The notes under the pieces were generated by a model. That model saw nothing but the letters and a program-made list of their open reading frames with translations. It ran no database searches and was not told where the DNA came from. A stretch of 64,000 nt of DNA from Rhodanobacteraceae bacterium (GTDB lineage Bacteria > Pseudomonadota > Gammaproteobacteria > Xanthomonadales > SZUA-5), in the NCBI GenBank assembly GCA_043754435.1, contig JAYUUS010000124.1, positions 35,716 through 99,715 on the forward strand, in the 5' to 3' direction. The stretch's first letter is position 1. Every line of letters starts with the position of its first letter. The translations under genes were made by a program, and so were the position numbers. Below are positions 25,006 through 35,594 of this stretch, one piece after another.

Positions 25006-28000
25006 TCATATTGTCGCATCATGCGCAACAATGCCAAGTTCGCCACTGCCCTGCCCCACCACTGGTGGCGGCAATAACAAATACATCACCGGCGTCACCA
25101 AACGCGCCAGCACCGTCGACGAAATCAGCCCGCCAATAATCACCCAAGCCATCGGCGAATAGAGCGCGACATTTTGCAACGCCAGCGGTAACAGCCCGCC
25201 AATCGCGGTCGCTGAGGTCAGTAAAATCGGTAAAAAGCGCACTTCACCGGCCTTTTCCACTGCTTCCAGCAAACCCATGCCATCGCTACGCAGCTGATTG
25301 GTAAAATCGACCAATAGAATCGAGTTCTTAATCTCGATGCCAATCAGTGCAACGAATCCGATCGTTGCGGTAAAGCTTAAGGAATAGCCGGACAGATAGA
25401 GCGCAATTAGCCCGCCCACAATCCCAAGCGGAATGACACCGGCGACGACTAGCGTGGATTTAAACGAGCCAAACTCCAAAATCAGCACCGCCAGAATCCC
25501 GAACACCGCAACCAAAATCGCCGCACCGATACCGTTAAAGCTGTCATTGCGGCTTTCAATTTCACCGCCCGCTTGCCATGAATAACCCGCAGGCAGCTTT
25601 TTTAGATCTAAAGTCGCCAGCAACGCATTCGTGACTTTTCCGGTGTTAAAACCGTCTTGCGTGTAGGCAGTCACGGTCACTGAGCGGCTGCGCTGATAGC
25701 GTTGAATCGCGTTCGGGGCACTGGCAAAACTGGGGCTAATGAATTGTTTGAGCAAAATCGATGCGCCGTTTACTGAACTGACTTCAATTTGCTCCAGTAA
25801 ATCCAGGCGCGGGTGCCCATCCTTAAGCGGCAAACGCAGCGTGATCGGGTACTCGTCGCCATCGGCGTCACGATATTTCGCGGCGGTAATTCCGGCCACA
25901 CCCAAACGCACCGCACGGTCTATTTCTAGGCTGGCAACGCCCAACAAACCAGCCTTTTCGACATTGATGTTCAGCGCCAAATCGGTGCGCATGCGCTTGA
26001 GCGGGTTGTCAACGTCACGGGTGCCGATGGTGTCACGAATAATTTGCTCGAACTCACCCGCCAAGCGCCGCAGCACTTTTAAATCCGGGCCGATCACACG
26101 AATGGCGATCGGCGCGTCAATCGGCGGGCCGTTCTCGAAGGGTTTCAGCATGATTTTAGCGCCCGCATAGACGGCAAATTTTTTCCGCAGCGCTTCATAT
26201 AAAAGCGGCGTGGTACGCGGATCGTACTGTTTGACCTCAACAAACGCTTCTGCATAGCTCGCGTCCGTTTCGCGCGGGAAGACATTGTAGAAAATTTGCT
26301 TGTTACCGCGCCCAACGTTGGCAAACACGTGTTTAATTTCGGGTGTGTCCGCCAAGATTTTTTCGACAAACTGCATCGCCTTATTGGTTTCATCCAGCGA
26401 GCTGCCATCCGGGGTTTCCATCGTGACCAAAAATTGTGGGGTGTCCGCCAGCGGAAACAGACTAAAGCCGATCTTTGGAATCAAGCCAAGCGTCACAAAA
26501 AACAGCGCAAAGCTAATCGCCAGCGTCGCTTTGGGGAAACGCAGTGCGCGCTGCATCAAGGGTGTGTAGAAGCGATGGATTCCACCCGTCAGAGCGACCA
26601 AAAACGGATTACCGTGCGGATTCGCGTGCGGCTTTAATACTCGGCTGGCTAAAAAGGGAATGATGGTCAATGATACCAATAAGCTTGCCAGCACCGTTGC
26701 CAATACCGAAGCTGGGATATTGCGCACGAACTTGCCCGCCCCTTCCGGTAAAAACATCAGCGGCAAAAACGCGAAAATCAGCGTGGCGGTGCAGCCTAAT
26801 ACCGCTAAGCTAATTTGCTGCGTGCCTTCGATGGCCGCGCGCAATTTTGACTTGCCCATGCGTAAATGCCGCTCGATATTTTCCACCACCACAATTGAGT
26901 CATCCACCAGCAGCCCGAGCGCAATCACAAAGCCCGCAATGGAAAGCTGATTGAGCGAATAACCGGCGAAATACATGCAGGTCAAACCCACCGCCAAACT
27001 GAGCGGAATCGACACCATCACCACACCTGCCGCGCGCAAACCCAAAGGCAGCAACGTTAATGACACCAACAAAATCGCAATCATGAAATCAAAACCGAGC
27101 GAATCCAAACGGTGCTCGACGTTTTTGCTTTGATCAAAGCCCCATTCCAGCGTCATGCCAGGGGGCAAATGCTGCTCGAAATTTTTAATGCGTTTGGCAA
27201 TGCCAGCCCGAACGGCAAAAATATTCTGCCCTTCCTTTTGATTGGCCGCGATGAACACCGCGCGCTTGCCATTGAAGCGACCCATGACCGTGCTTTCGCC
27301 TGCAGCCCAGTGCACGCTCGCGACATCCTTTAGCCGCACCCGTTGATTCGCGCCACCACCGACTGTGGTGTTGGCAATATCCTCAAGCGACGCGTAATCC
27401 CCGCTGGTGCGCAAATTGAACTTGCGTGCGCCCGCACTGACCGAGCCGCCCGGGATATTAGTGGCTTCTGCTTTGATTACATCCAGTAAACGCTGCACGC
27501 TTACGTTCGCCTGCGCCATGCGCGCCGGATCAATCACGACTTGTACTTGGGTTTCGGGAAGTCCCCAATATTCCGACTGTTTTACTCCGGGAACGGTTTT
27601 CAAAATATCTTGCAAATCTTCTGCGGTTTGCCGCATTAGGCGCACGTCAGCAGTGTCTGACAGCAGCGCAAACTGCACAATTTTGACGTTGGTTGGATTC
27701 GCTTTGCGAATACGGAATTCCGCTAAATCTGCTGGCAATTGCGCACGTAAGCCATTGATTTCACGAATCGCTTCGTCGTATTTCTTTTCCGGGTCGACAT
27801 CCCAACTGAACTCCACTCGGGTAACCGAAACGCCATCGCGCACCTCACTCCAGATGGTTTTGACATCGTCAAGCTCGGAAATTGCATCTTCTAGCGGGTC
27901 GGTGACCAGCGCCTCCATGTCCGCCGGATCGGCACCCGGATAAACTGCGACTACCGTCACCACCGGAATTGGGAACGCTGGGTCTTCCGCGCGCGGAATT

Positions 28001-28092
28001 TTCTGGAATGAAAAAATGCCGATTGCAATCAGCAATGCGAATACCACGAGGGTGAATTGAAACTTCTCAACCGCAAAGCGCGCGATGCTCAT
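25006..28092 (-). CDS. RND efflux transporter permease (AcrB/HAE family)
   Basis: 1028 aa. It has the N-terminus MSIARFAVEKFQFTLVVFALLIAIGIFSF, the 12-TM plus two large periplasmic loops organisation, and GLLVDDSIVVVENI. Confidence 0.92.
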   Translation of the reverse strand: MSIARFAVEKFQFTLVVFALLIAIGIFSFQKIPRAEDPAFPIPVVTVVAVYPGADPADMEALVTDPLEDAISELDDVKTIWSEVRDGVSVTRVEFSWDVDPEKKYDEAIREINGLRAQLPADLAEFRIRKANPTNVKIVQFALLSDTADVRLMRQTAEDLQDILKTVPGVKQSEYWGLPETQVQVVIDPARMAQANVSVQRLLDVIKAEATNIPGGSVSAGARKFNLRTSGDYASLEDIANTTVGGGANQRVRLKDVASVHWAAGESTVMGRFNGKRAVFIAANQKEGQNIFAVRAGIAKRIKNFEQHLPPGMTLEWGFDQSKNVEHRLDSLGFDFMIAILLVSLTLLPLGLRAAGVVMVSIPLSLAVGLTCMYFAGYSLNQLSIAGFVIALGLLVDDSIVVVENIERHLRMGKSKLRAAIEGTQQISLAVLGCTATLIFAFLPLMFLPEGAGKFVRNIPASVLATVLASLLVSLTIIPFLASRVLKPHANPHGNPFLVALTGGIHRFYTPLMQRALRFPKATLAISFALFFVTLGLIPKIGFSLFPLADTPQFLVTMETPDGSSLDETNKAMQFVEKILADTPEIKHVFANVGRGNKQIFYNVFPRETDASYAEAFVEVKQYDPRTTPLLYEALRKKFAVYAGAKIMLKPFENGPPIDAPIAIRVIGPDLKVLRRLAGEFEQIIRDTIGTRDVDNPLKRMRTDLALNINVEKAGLLGVASLEIDRAVRLGVAGITAAKYRDADGDEYPITLRLPLKDGHPRLDLLEQIEVSSVNGASILLKQFISPSFASAPNAIQRYQRSRSVTVTAYTQDGFNTGKVTNALLATLDLKKLPAGYSWQAGGEIESRNDSFNGIGAAILVAVFGILAVLILEFGSFKSTLVVAGVIPLGIVGGLIALYLSGYSLSFTATIGFVALIGIEIKNSILLVDFTNQLRSDGMGLLEAVEKAGEVRFLPILLTSATAIGGLLPLALQNVALYSPMAWVIIGGLISSTVLARLVTPVMYLLLPPPVVGQGSGELGIVAHDATI

Positions 28093-29258
28093 TGAATTAG
28101 CCCTGCATCAATCGGTTTTGCCGCATTTGCGTCCACGTCTACGCTAGCCACTTGCGTGCCGCGAACAACGGGTGTGCCATCGTCCAAGTAGGGCGCGCCG
28201 CGCACGACCACCGCGTCATTCGGGTTTAAGCCACCCAGCACCAGCACCGCCTCGCCGCGAATTTCACCGAGCGCAATCTGTCGGCTTTTGGCGACATTGT
28301 TTTCCACCACATAAATCAAGCCATGCTCAGCATTGGCTTCCACCAAAGCGGCAAGCGGAATCAGCAATAGCGTAGGCCCAGAGTTGGCTGCGCCATCGCT
28401 AGACTTGGCACTAGGCTTGGCGCTCGGCTGAATCACCGCTAGCCCGATCATGCCTGAGCTCAAACGCGCCGTTGCATCATCCAAAGCTAACTCGATCTCA
28501 AACAGGCCCGTGCCGGGATTCGCTGAGCCAGCAAGCGTCAACACATGCGCCGCAATTTTGACGCCAGGCAGGGCATCAAAGCTGATTTCTGCCGGGTCAC
28601 CAATATCCACGCGCACTGCATCCACATCACTCAGGCTGACTTTCAAAATCTTTTTTGCCTCGCCTTGGCTCAACGCCAAAATCGGCGCACCCGGTGCCAC
28701 CACCTCGCCCGCCTGCACAAATCGGCGTAAAACCACGCCGTCTTTTTCGGCGGTAATGCGCCCCGAATCACTGTTGAAATTCATCGCAACACTGCCGGCA
28801 CGCGCCACTTCAAGGGCGGTGCGCACATCGTCCAACTGCGCTTTCGGGATCACGTCTTGCTTAAAAAGTGACTCGGCGCGCACATAGTCGCGCTCGGCTT
28901 TCGCTAAGCTCATGCGCATTTGCGTGGCACCCGCGCCGACTTCGGTACGATCCAGCTCAGCAAGCAGTTGCCCGGCGCGCACCGTTTGTCCAGTATCGAC
29001 GAGCAAGCGCTTTAAAATGCCGCCAGTTTTGAAACTAACGCGTAGCTCGACATTGGCGCTCAGCGTGCCGGTTGCGCGAATCGCGTTCGCGGAACCGGCT
29101 GGCTCAGGCTTGGCGGTTTCCACCGGAATCGGCGCGGAAACGTGCGCGGCTGGCTTAGCCGCAGCGCCCCCAGAATTTGAAGCGCTTTCTTTACTGCACG
29201 CGGCGATTGCGCCCAGCAAAATTAGGCTGCCGACCAAGGCACGACGGTGCAGGCTCAT
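28089..29258 (-). CDS. RND efflux periplasmic adaptor (MFP), lipoprotein
   Basis: 389 aa with lipobox LLGAIAAC, an HlyD/biotinyl-lipoyl-like segment (...VRAGQLLAELD...) and 4-bp overlaps on both sides. Confidence 0.88.
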   Translation of the reverse strand: MSLHRRALVGSLILLGAIAACSKESASNSGGAAAKPAAHVSAPIPVETAKPEPAGSANAIRATGTLSANVELRVSFKTGGILKRLLVDTGQTVRAGQLLAELDRTEVGAGATQMRMSLAKAERDYVRAESLFKQDVIPKAQLDDVRTALEVARAGSVAMNFNSDSGRITAEKDGVVLRRFVQAGEVVAPGAPILALSQGEAKKILKVSLSDVDAVRVDIGDPAEISFDALPGVKIAAHVLTLAGSANPGTGLFEIELALDDATARLSSGMIGLAVIQPSAKPSAKSSDGAANSGPTLLLIPLAALVEANAEHGLIYVVENNVAKSRQIALGEIRGEAVLVLGGLNPNDAVVVRGAPYLDDGTPVVRGTQVASVDVDANAAKPIDAGLIQ

Positions 29259-30679
29259 TGCAATTCCTTCAAAGGTTTGGATTGGGTAAAAGTGCTTGGT
29301 AAGGGAAAGCTTGCTAAGGCAAGCTCCAGTTCTGCTAATTGATTGGCGCGATCAAAACCTGCCGTGTAAAGCGCCAGTTCGGCTTCAGTACGGGCGCGTT
29401 CGGCGTCTAAAAATTCCACCTGCGTCGCGGCACCCGCATCGCGTTTACGGGCGATAATGCGAAAGCCTTCCTCGGCGGCAAGCTGGCGCGCTTGCGCCGT
29501 TTCGATGCGCGAAGTCGCACTGGCGACATCGTCGGCGGCTTGCTTGGCGGCCAGTTCTAGTTGCGCCATCAGCGCAACTCGTTCGGCTTGCAGGGCATTA
29601 ATGCGCGCCGCAGCCGAAGATTTTTGCGCGCGTGTTTGACCAAAATCAAACAGGCGCCAATTCAACACAATCGCAGCAGTCGCAAAATTTTTGCCACGGC
29701 CAAAGCCGTAATTCTCGCCCTGCGTGCCCACGTCCAGGCCAAATCCGACGGTCGGTTTGCCTGCGGCGGCGGCTTGACTCAAACCCGCATGTGCAAGCGC
29801 TAAATTGGCATCTAATTTGCTTAACTCTGGGCGCAGCCCGCTACTGCCAATCGGTGCCAGAGTTCTGGTCGCCAAACCCGGATTGACATGGCTAATAGGC
29901 GCATCAAGCGCACGGTTGACCAAGAAATTTAGGTAGCGCTGTGCCGCTGTCATGGAATTTTCACTGCTCTGCAGACGATCCTGCACGCTGAGCAGCTCCG
30001 CATTCGCGCGCAGTTCGCGGTCACGCGTGGCCGAACCGGAACTCACAAGCGCGGTATTAACGCGCAGATTTTCCCGCAGCAAAAGCACCGATGCTTTCAG
30101 CACCTCGGTCGCCGCATAGGCTTGGCATAAGCCACTGTAGGCACGTCGAATATCACGCACCAAGGTGCGGGCGTAAATTTCCCGGCTGGCGTTCGCATCA
30201 TTCGCCCGCGCATCGGCGGCTTCAATCGCGGCGTCCACGAGCGGCGCATAAATTGGGGTGCTTAATTTCAGCCGCGTGTCCTGTTCCCGCTGGCGCAACA
30301 AATCAAATTCCAAGTTATCAATCGCCGGAAATTGGGTCGGGTTGCCGCTGTTTGCGGTTAGCCCGTTGAGCGTTTTATACACCGGATTAAGCGCATCGCC
30401 AATCGGAAAGTTGATCGTGCGGCCGCCATCGGCGCGCAAATAGCGCGCGTCTAAGCTAATGCTGGGTCGATATGCTAAGCGCGCCGCTTTCAACGCCTGC
30501 TGCGCACTCACCACTTGAAATTCGACCGCTTGCAGCTGCTGATTTCCCTCAAGGCCGAGCGCGATAAAATTTTCAACGGTAGTCGGATCGCTGGCGGGTG
30601 CGTCTGGACGCGCTGCACCAATAAAGCAGAACAATAAGACAGCTGATAATGTTTGAGCTTTAATCCATATATTAGACAT
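29255..30679 (-). CDS. TolC-family outer membrane efflux protein
   Basis: 474 aa with a signal peptide and two-repeat coiled-coil OEP architecture. It is the first structural gene of the efflux operon. Confidence 0.85.
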   Translation of the reverse strand: MSNIWIKAQTLSAVLLFCFIGAARPDAPASDPTTVENFIALGLEGNQQLQAVEFQVVSAQQALKAARLAYRPSISLDARYLRADGGRTINFPIGDALNPVYKTLNGLTANSGNPTQFPAIDNLEFDLLRQREQDTRLKLSTPIYAPLVDAAIEAADARANDANASREIYARTLVRDIRRAYSGLCQAYAATEVLKASVLLLRENLRVNTALVSSGSATRDRELRANAELLSVQDRLQSSENSMTAAQRYLNFLVNRALDAPISHVNPGLATRTLAPIGSSGLRPELSKLDANLALAHAGLSQAAAAGKPTVGFGLDVGTQGENYGFGRGKNFATAAIVLNWRLFDFGQTRAQKSSAAARINALQAERVALMAQLELAAKQAADDVASATSRIETAQARQLAAEEGFRIIARKRDAGAATQVEFLDAERARTEAELALYTAGFDRANQLAELELALASFPLPSTFTQSKPLKELQ

Positions 30680-30711
30680 CTGTCAATTCCAGGGTAAAAA
30701 TTTTTGGTTAG

Positions 30712-31374
30712 TTAAGACGCCGACAGCTGGGCTTTGGGGCCGGCAACCGCGACACAGCACAGCTCCATCGCCTTCGCCAAAAGCTGCGGCTGGCTGATCC
30801 CGTCGTGTGCAATCACATTGGCTTTGGTTTGCGCCAGTTGAATCACACCGTGCAAAAAGCCCCAAAGCGTGATCGCGATTAAGTGCGGGTCCCCGACATC
30901 AGCACGCACCGTGCCATCTTTAATGCCTAAGCTCACGGCCTGTGCGGTCACGGCATGTACTTCATCACCGGCCAAAATGCAGTGCTGTTCGACGGAATCC
31001 GCGACGATTTCATTGGGTTTATGCGACTCAAACGAACTCAGGGCAGCAAAATACATCGGAAATTCCTGCGAATAAGCCAAATACGCTCGGCCGATCGCGG
31101 TGATCTGATCCAGCCCTGTTACATGTCGAGCGATGGCTTGCTGAAAACGATCCCGCAGCAATTGCATTGCCCGAGTTGAGATCGCGAAGTGCAACGCCTC
31201 TTTATCGGGAAAGTACACATATAAAAGCGCGCGCGACACCCGCGCGGTGCGCGCCACATCTTCCATCTTCGCCAAAGCCACGCCTTTGCGCGCAAATACG
31301 ATCTCGGCCGCATCTAAAATTTCAGATCGGCGGCGTTCTTTTTCTTCTAACCTGCGTACAGTGATATAGCTCAT
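30712..31374 (-). CDS. TetR/AcrR family transcriptional regulator
   Basis: The probable start is ATG 31374 (MSYITVRRLEEKERRRSEILDAAEIVFARKGVALAKMEDVARTARVSRALLYVYF, a TetR HTH). The gene heads the efflux operon. Confidence 0.85.
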   Translation of the reverse strand: MSYITVRRLEEKERRRSEILDAAEIVFARKGVALAKMEDVARTARVSRALLYVYFPDKEALHFAISTRAMQLLRDRFQQAIARHVTGLDQITAIGRAYLAYSQEFPMYFAALSSFESHKPNEIVADSVEQHCILAGDEVHAVTAQAVSLGIKDGTVRADVGDPHLIAITLWGFLHGVIQLAQTKANVIAHDGISQPQLLAKAMELCCVAVAGPKAQLSAS

Positions 31375-31520
31375 ACGGCAAATTTTATAGCTGACGCTAG
31401 ACACGTGTCAATAGAAAGCCTAAATTTCGGCTAAATCGTTTTTACTGCGGGCTGTATTCATGCGCCTTACACTGAAACCGTACTACAATAGTCCTCTTTC
31501 ATAAAAGTAACGGTCTGTCA

Positions 31521-31970
31521 ATGCTTAGAATCAGCAAACTGAGCGACTACGCAACCGCGCTCTTAGCACGGATGGCGCAGCTGGGCAAGCCGATTTCAGC
31601 GCCTGCACTGGCCGCTGACACCCGTATACCGCTCACTACCGTCGCAAAACTGCTGAAGCAATTAGCCAAATCTGAGCTTGTCAGCGCCACACGCGGCGTC
31701 AGCGGCGGCTATCAGCTGAGTCGCGCACCGGAGCTCATCAATGTCGCACAAATTTTAACTGCGTTGGAAGGGCCGCTCGCGCTGACCGAGTGTTCCGCAC
31801 ACGACGGCAACTGCCTTCGAACGGGCTTTTGTGGCACGAAAAACCATTGGCGCAAAATTAATCGAGCGCTGATTACGGCTTTAGAAATCGTCACGCTTGC
31901 CGATTTAGCAACGCCTGAGTATGTACCGGTGTTTGCGCCCCGCCCAAACGTTCTTGCAGCGCAGATTTAA
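31521..31970 (+). CDS. Rrf2-family transcriptional regulator (IscR/SUF-regulator type)
   Basis: 149 aa beginning MLRISKLSDYATALLARMA... with ...GVSGGYQLSR... and three clustered Cys (CSAHDGNCLRTGFC), consistent with an Fe-S sensing Rrf2 protein. It sits directly upstream of sufB. Confidence 0.85.
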   Translation: MLRISKLSDYATALLARMAQLGKPISAPALAADTRIPLTTVAKLLKQLAKSELVSATRGVSGGYQLSRAPELINVAQILTALEGPLALTECSAHDGNCLRTGFCGTKNHWRKINRALITALEIVTLADLATPEYVPVFAPRPNVLAAQI

Positions 31971-31979
31971 GGAAATAAA

Positions 31980-33470
31980 ATGATGAATACTCAAGAGCTA
32001 GTCGAAACCACGCCCAATGCGACGGCAGAAAGTGGCGGCATGACGGCAATACATGACGCGATCAAACGCGGTTATGAGCACGGCTTTACCACCGATATTG
32101 AAACCGAAAGCTTTGCCAAAGGCTTAAGCGAAGCCGTCGTGCGCGCCATTTCGGCCAAGAAAAACGAGCCGGAATGGTTGACTGATTGGCGCGTCAAGGC
32201 TTATCACCATTGGCTAACCATGACGCCACCAAACTGGGCGCAGCTGGAAATTGCCGCAATTGATTTTCAAGATTTGAGCTATTACGCAGCACCTAAGAAA
32301 AACCTGCTGAAAAGCATGGACGAAGTGGACCCAAAACTGCTTGCCACCTTCGATAAGCTCGGCGTGCCCCTGCATGAGCGCGCGCGGCTTGCTGGCGTGG
32401 CGGTGGATGCGGTGTTTGATTCGGTGTCGGTCGGCACGACTTTTAAGAAGGAACTGAACGCGGTCGGCGTGCTGTTTTGCTCGTTTTCTGAAGCCGTAAA
32501 AGAACACCCCGAGCTGGTCAAACAATATCTAGGCAGCGTCGTACCCACCGGCGACAACTATTTTGCTGCGCTCAATTCCGCCGTATTTTCCGATGGCTCC
32601 TTCGTGTACATCCCAAAAAACACGCGCTGCCCAATGGAGCTATCGACCTATTTCCGCATCAATGCACGCGATACCGGGCAATTTGAGCGCACGCTCATCA
32701 TCGCCGAAGCGGGCAGCCACGTCAGCTATTTAGAAGGCTGCACCGCACCCGTGCGCGATGAAAACCAACTGCACGCAGCAGTGGTTGAGTTGGTCGCGCT
32801 GGAGTCCGCCGAAATAAAGTATTCGACGGTGCAAAACTGGTATCCGGGCGATGAAAACGGCGTGGGCGGCATTTATAACTTCGTGACCAAGCGCGGTGAA
32901 TGCCGGGGCGCGAACGCAAAAATCAGCTGGACGCAGGTAGAAACCGGGTCCGCTATTACCTGGAAATATCCAAGCTGCGTATTGATCGGGGAAAACTCAA
33001 CCGGTGAATTTTACTCTGTGGCACTGACGAATCACCGCCAGCAGGCCGACACCGGCACCAAAATGATCCATATCGGGCGCGGCACGAAAAGCAAAATCAT
33101 CAGCAAAGGCATCAGCGCTGGGCGCGGGCAAAATAGCTACCGTGGCTTAGTGAAAGTCGAAAAATCCGCCGTCGGCGCGCGCAACTTTACCCAGTGCGAT
33201 TCGCTACTGATCGGCAAGCAGTGCGGCGCACACACCTTCCCCTATATCGAAGTCAAACAACCCAACGCCATTGTCGAACACGAAGCCACTACTTCGAAAA
33301 TCTCCGACGATCAACTGTTTTACTGCGCCGCGCGCGGCATTAGCAAAGAAGACGCAGTCAGTTTGATTGTGGATGGCTTTTGCAAGCAGGTGTTTCGCGA
33401 GCTGCCAATGGAGTTTGCGGTAGAAGCGAAAAAGCTGCTGGAGGTTAGTTTGGAAGGGGCGGTGGGATGA
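31980..33470 (+). CDS. sufB: Fe-S cluster assembly scaffold SufB
   Basis: 496 aa with ...YLEGCTAP..., ...[12 protein letters not shown]...[11 protein letters not shown]... and ...[22 protein letters not shown].... These are canonical SufB blocks. Confidence 0.95.
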   Translation: MMNTQELVETTPNATAESGGMTAIHDAIKRGYEHGFTTDIETESFAKGLSEAVVRAISAKKNEPEWLTDWRVKAYHHWLTMTPPNWAQLEIAAIDFQDLSYYAAPKKNLLKSMDEVDPKLLATFDKLGVPLHERARLAGVAVDAVFDSVSVGTTFKKELNAVGVLFCSFSEAVKEHPELVKQYLGSVVPTGDNYFAALNSAVFSDGSFVYIPKNTRCPMELSTYFRINARDTGQFERTLIIAEAGSHVSYLEGCTAPVRDENQLHAAVVELVALESAEIKYSTVQNWYPGDENGVGGIYNFVTKRGECRGANAKISWTQVETGSAITWKYPSCVLIGENSTGEFYSVALTNHRQQADTGTKMIHIGRGTKSKIISKGISAGRGQNSYRGLVKVEKSAVGARNFTQCDSLLIGKQCGAHTFPYIEVKQPNAIVEHEATTSKISDDQLFYCAARGISKEDAVSLIVDGFCKQVFRELPMEFAVEAKKLLEVSLEGAVG

Positions 33471-33700
33471 GTGCGACGTTAATCAACGCAGTTAGAAAAG
33501 TTTCAGGTCGGCAAATTGATTTAAGCATGCGCTATTTCAAACTGGACGAAGAACCAGGCCTCGTCGATGAATACGCCTTTGTGACGGATTTACAACGCTG
33601 TGAACGCTACCTTTTAATGCGAGCCAATTGGATAAAACAACACTATGGAACTGATCCGGGATTTGATCGAGCCAGTTTCGCCCACCGGTCGCTGTTGTAA
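33467..33700 (+). CDS. Hypothetical 77-aa ORF inserted between sufB and sufC
   Basis: ATG 33467 overlaps the sufB stop (ATGA). The composition is non-repetitive and protein-like ([61 protein letters not shown]...). I recognise no family. Confidence 0.4.
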   Translation: MSATLINAVRKVSGRQIDLSMRYFKLDEEPGLVDEYAFVTDLQRCERYLLMRANWIKQHYGTDPGFDRASFAHRSLL

Positions 33701-33732
33701 AAAAAACAATCAAAAAGAAAAAAAACCTAATC

Positions 33733-34494
33733 ATGTTAGAAATTAAAAATCTGCACGCCCGCGTCGCCGGTCGGGAAATTCTTAAAGGTGTGAACCTAAC
33801 CGTCAAGCCCGGCGAAGTACATGCCATCATGGGGCCGAATGGTGCCGGAAAATCCACGCTGGGCTACGTATTGAGCGGCCGCGATGGCTATGAAATCACC
33901 GAAGGTTCGGTGCACTTCAATGGCAAAGATTTATTGGCTCTCGAAGCCAACGAACGCGCCGGAGAAGGCGTGTTTTTGGCGTTCCAATACCCGGTTGAAA
34001 TTCCGGGTGTAAACAACACCTATTTTTTGCGCGCTGCTTTAAACGCGCAGCGCCGGTATCGCGGCGAGCCGGAAATGGATTCGCGCGCGTTTTTGCAGCT
34101 GGTGCGGGAAAAGCTGAAAGTGCTGCACGTCAAAGACGATTTACTGCAGCGTGCGGTCAACGAAGGTTTCTCGGGTGGTGAAAAAAAGCGCAATGAGATT
34201 TTTCAAATGGCGCTGTTAGAGCCTAAGCTGGCAGTTTTGGATGAAACCGATTCTGGCTTAGACATTGATGCGCTAAAAATGGTGGCTGAAGGCGTCAACT
34301 CACTGCGCAGCCCGGAGCGCGCATTCTTGGTGATTACCCACTATCAGCGCTTGCTGGATTACATCGTGCCAGATTTTGTACACGTATTGGCGGACGGCAA
34401 AATCGTGCAAAGCGGCGACAAAGACTTAGCGCTTAAGCTGGAGGAGCAAGGCTACGCCTGGATTAAAGAGCGCAAGCTTGCCGGGGCTTTGTGA
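33733..34494 (+). CDS. sufC: Fe-S cluster assembly ATPase SufC
   Basis: 253 aa with Walker [22 protein letters not shown] and Walker [17 protein letters not shown]. Confidence 0.95.
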   Translation: MLEIKNLHARVAGREILKGVNLTVKPGEVHAIMGPNGAGKSTLGYVLSGRDGYEITEGSVHFNGKDLLALEANERAGEGVFLAFQYPVEIPGVNNTYFLRAALNAQRRYRGEPEMDSRAFLQLVREKLKVLHVKDDLLQRAVNEGFSGGEKKRNEIFQMALLEPKLAVLDETDSGLDIDALKMVAEGVNSLRSPERAFLVITHYQRLLDYIVPDFVHVLADGKIVQSGDKDLALKLEEQGYAWIKERKLAGAL

Positions 34495-35594
34495 TGTTGC
34501 TGCAAAAGCTGGGCGATACCTCCAACACCTTGCAACTGCCAACGAGCAAAACGGAGTCCTGGAAATATACCAACCTTCGGGCCTTAGATAAGGCTGCGGC
34601 AAAACTGCAAGCCGGTGCATTAGCGCAGGAACTTAACGCAGAATTTGCGCTCAGCACGCAGCCAGAAGCGCCGCTGCCAAACGGCGGCGTCGCGCTTAAA
34701 ACGTCCGGAGTATTTGCTGAGCTGGCCGCCAGAGCGCCAGTATTCACGCATGAGCTCAGCGCGCAGCACTATTTTTATCTGTGCCCCAGCCAAGCAAACG
34801 GCATTGTGCAGCAAGCGCAGCGGTTTACCCTGGCGGCTGGTGCGCACGCAACCTTGGTGTGGCACCACACCGGGACGTTGGAAAATACTTTTAGCAATTT
34901 TCTGACGCAGATTGCGCTGGCAGAAAACGCTGAACTCACCTTAATTCGCATGCAGTTGGCAGGCAATTCAGCCAGCTTGATTGAACGCACCGAAATTAGC
35001 GCTGCCGCCGGTGCCAAAATTAACGTAGTCGACATCAACTTCGGCGCACAGCTAGCGCGCCATGAGCTACACATCACGCTTAATGGCACCGCCGCGCACG
35101 CACAAGTCGTGAGTTTGAGCGTATTAAATGCGCGCCAGCACTGCGACACGCAATTGGTGCTCAATCACAACGCCGCGAACACCACGTCCAATACCCGCGT
35201 CAAAGCGGTGGCCGACGCCCGCGCTCGCTCGGTTTTTAATGGCCGCATTTATGTCGCGAAAGGCAGTGACGGCACCGACGCACAGCTTAAGACCAACAAC
35301 CTCCTGCTCAGCGATGCGGCCGAAATTGATACGAAGCCGGAGCTTGAAATTCATGCCGAAGACGTCAAATGCAGCCACGGTGCCACCATCGGGCAATTGG
35401 ACGACAATGCCCTGTTCTACCTACGCTCACGCGGCATTGACGCGCCCCAGGCGCGGCAAATTTTAACGGTGGCATTTTGCCAGGAGCTATTGGAAGCGAT
35501 TCTAGATCTGGAATTACGCGCCAAACTGATCGCATTATTGACGGCGAAACTTCCGGCCACAGTTTTAAATAACGCAGGCCAAGAACCGGTATGA
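34491..35594 (+). CDS. sufD: Fe-S cluster assembly protein SufD
   Basis: 367 aa. It has an N-terminal TESWKYTNL and a C-terminal ...[32 protein letters not shown].... It overlaps sufC (4 bp) and sufS (4 bp). Confidence 0.9.
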   Translation: MMLLQKLGDTSNTLQLPTSKTESWKYTNLRALDKAAAKLQAGALAQELNAEFALSTQPEAPLPNGGVALKTSGVFAELAARAPVFTHELSAQHYFYLCPSQANGIVQQAQRFTLAAGAHATLVWHHTGTLENTFSNFLTQIALAENAELTLIRMQLAGNSASLIERTEISAAAGAKINVVDINFGAQLARHELHITLNGTAAHAQVVSLSVLNARQHCDTQLVLNHNAANTTSNTRVKAVADARARSVFNGRIYVAKGSDGTDAQLKTNNLLLSDAAEIDTKPELEIHAEDVKCSHGATIGQLDDNALFYLRSRGIDAPQARQILTVAFCQELLEAILDLELRAKLIALLTAKLPATVLNNAGQEPV

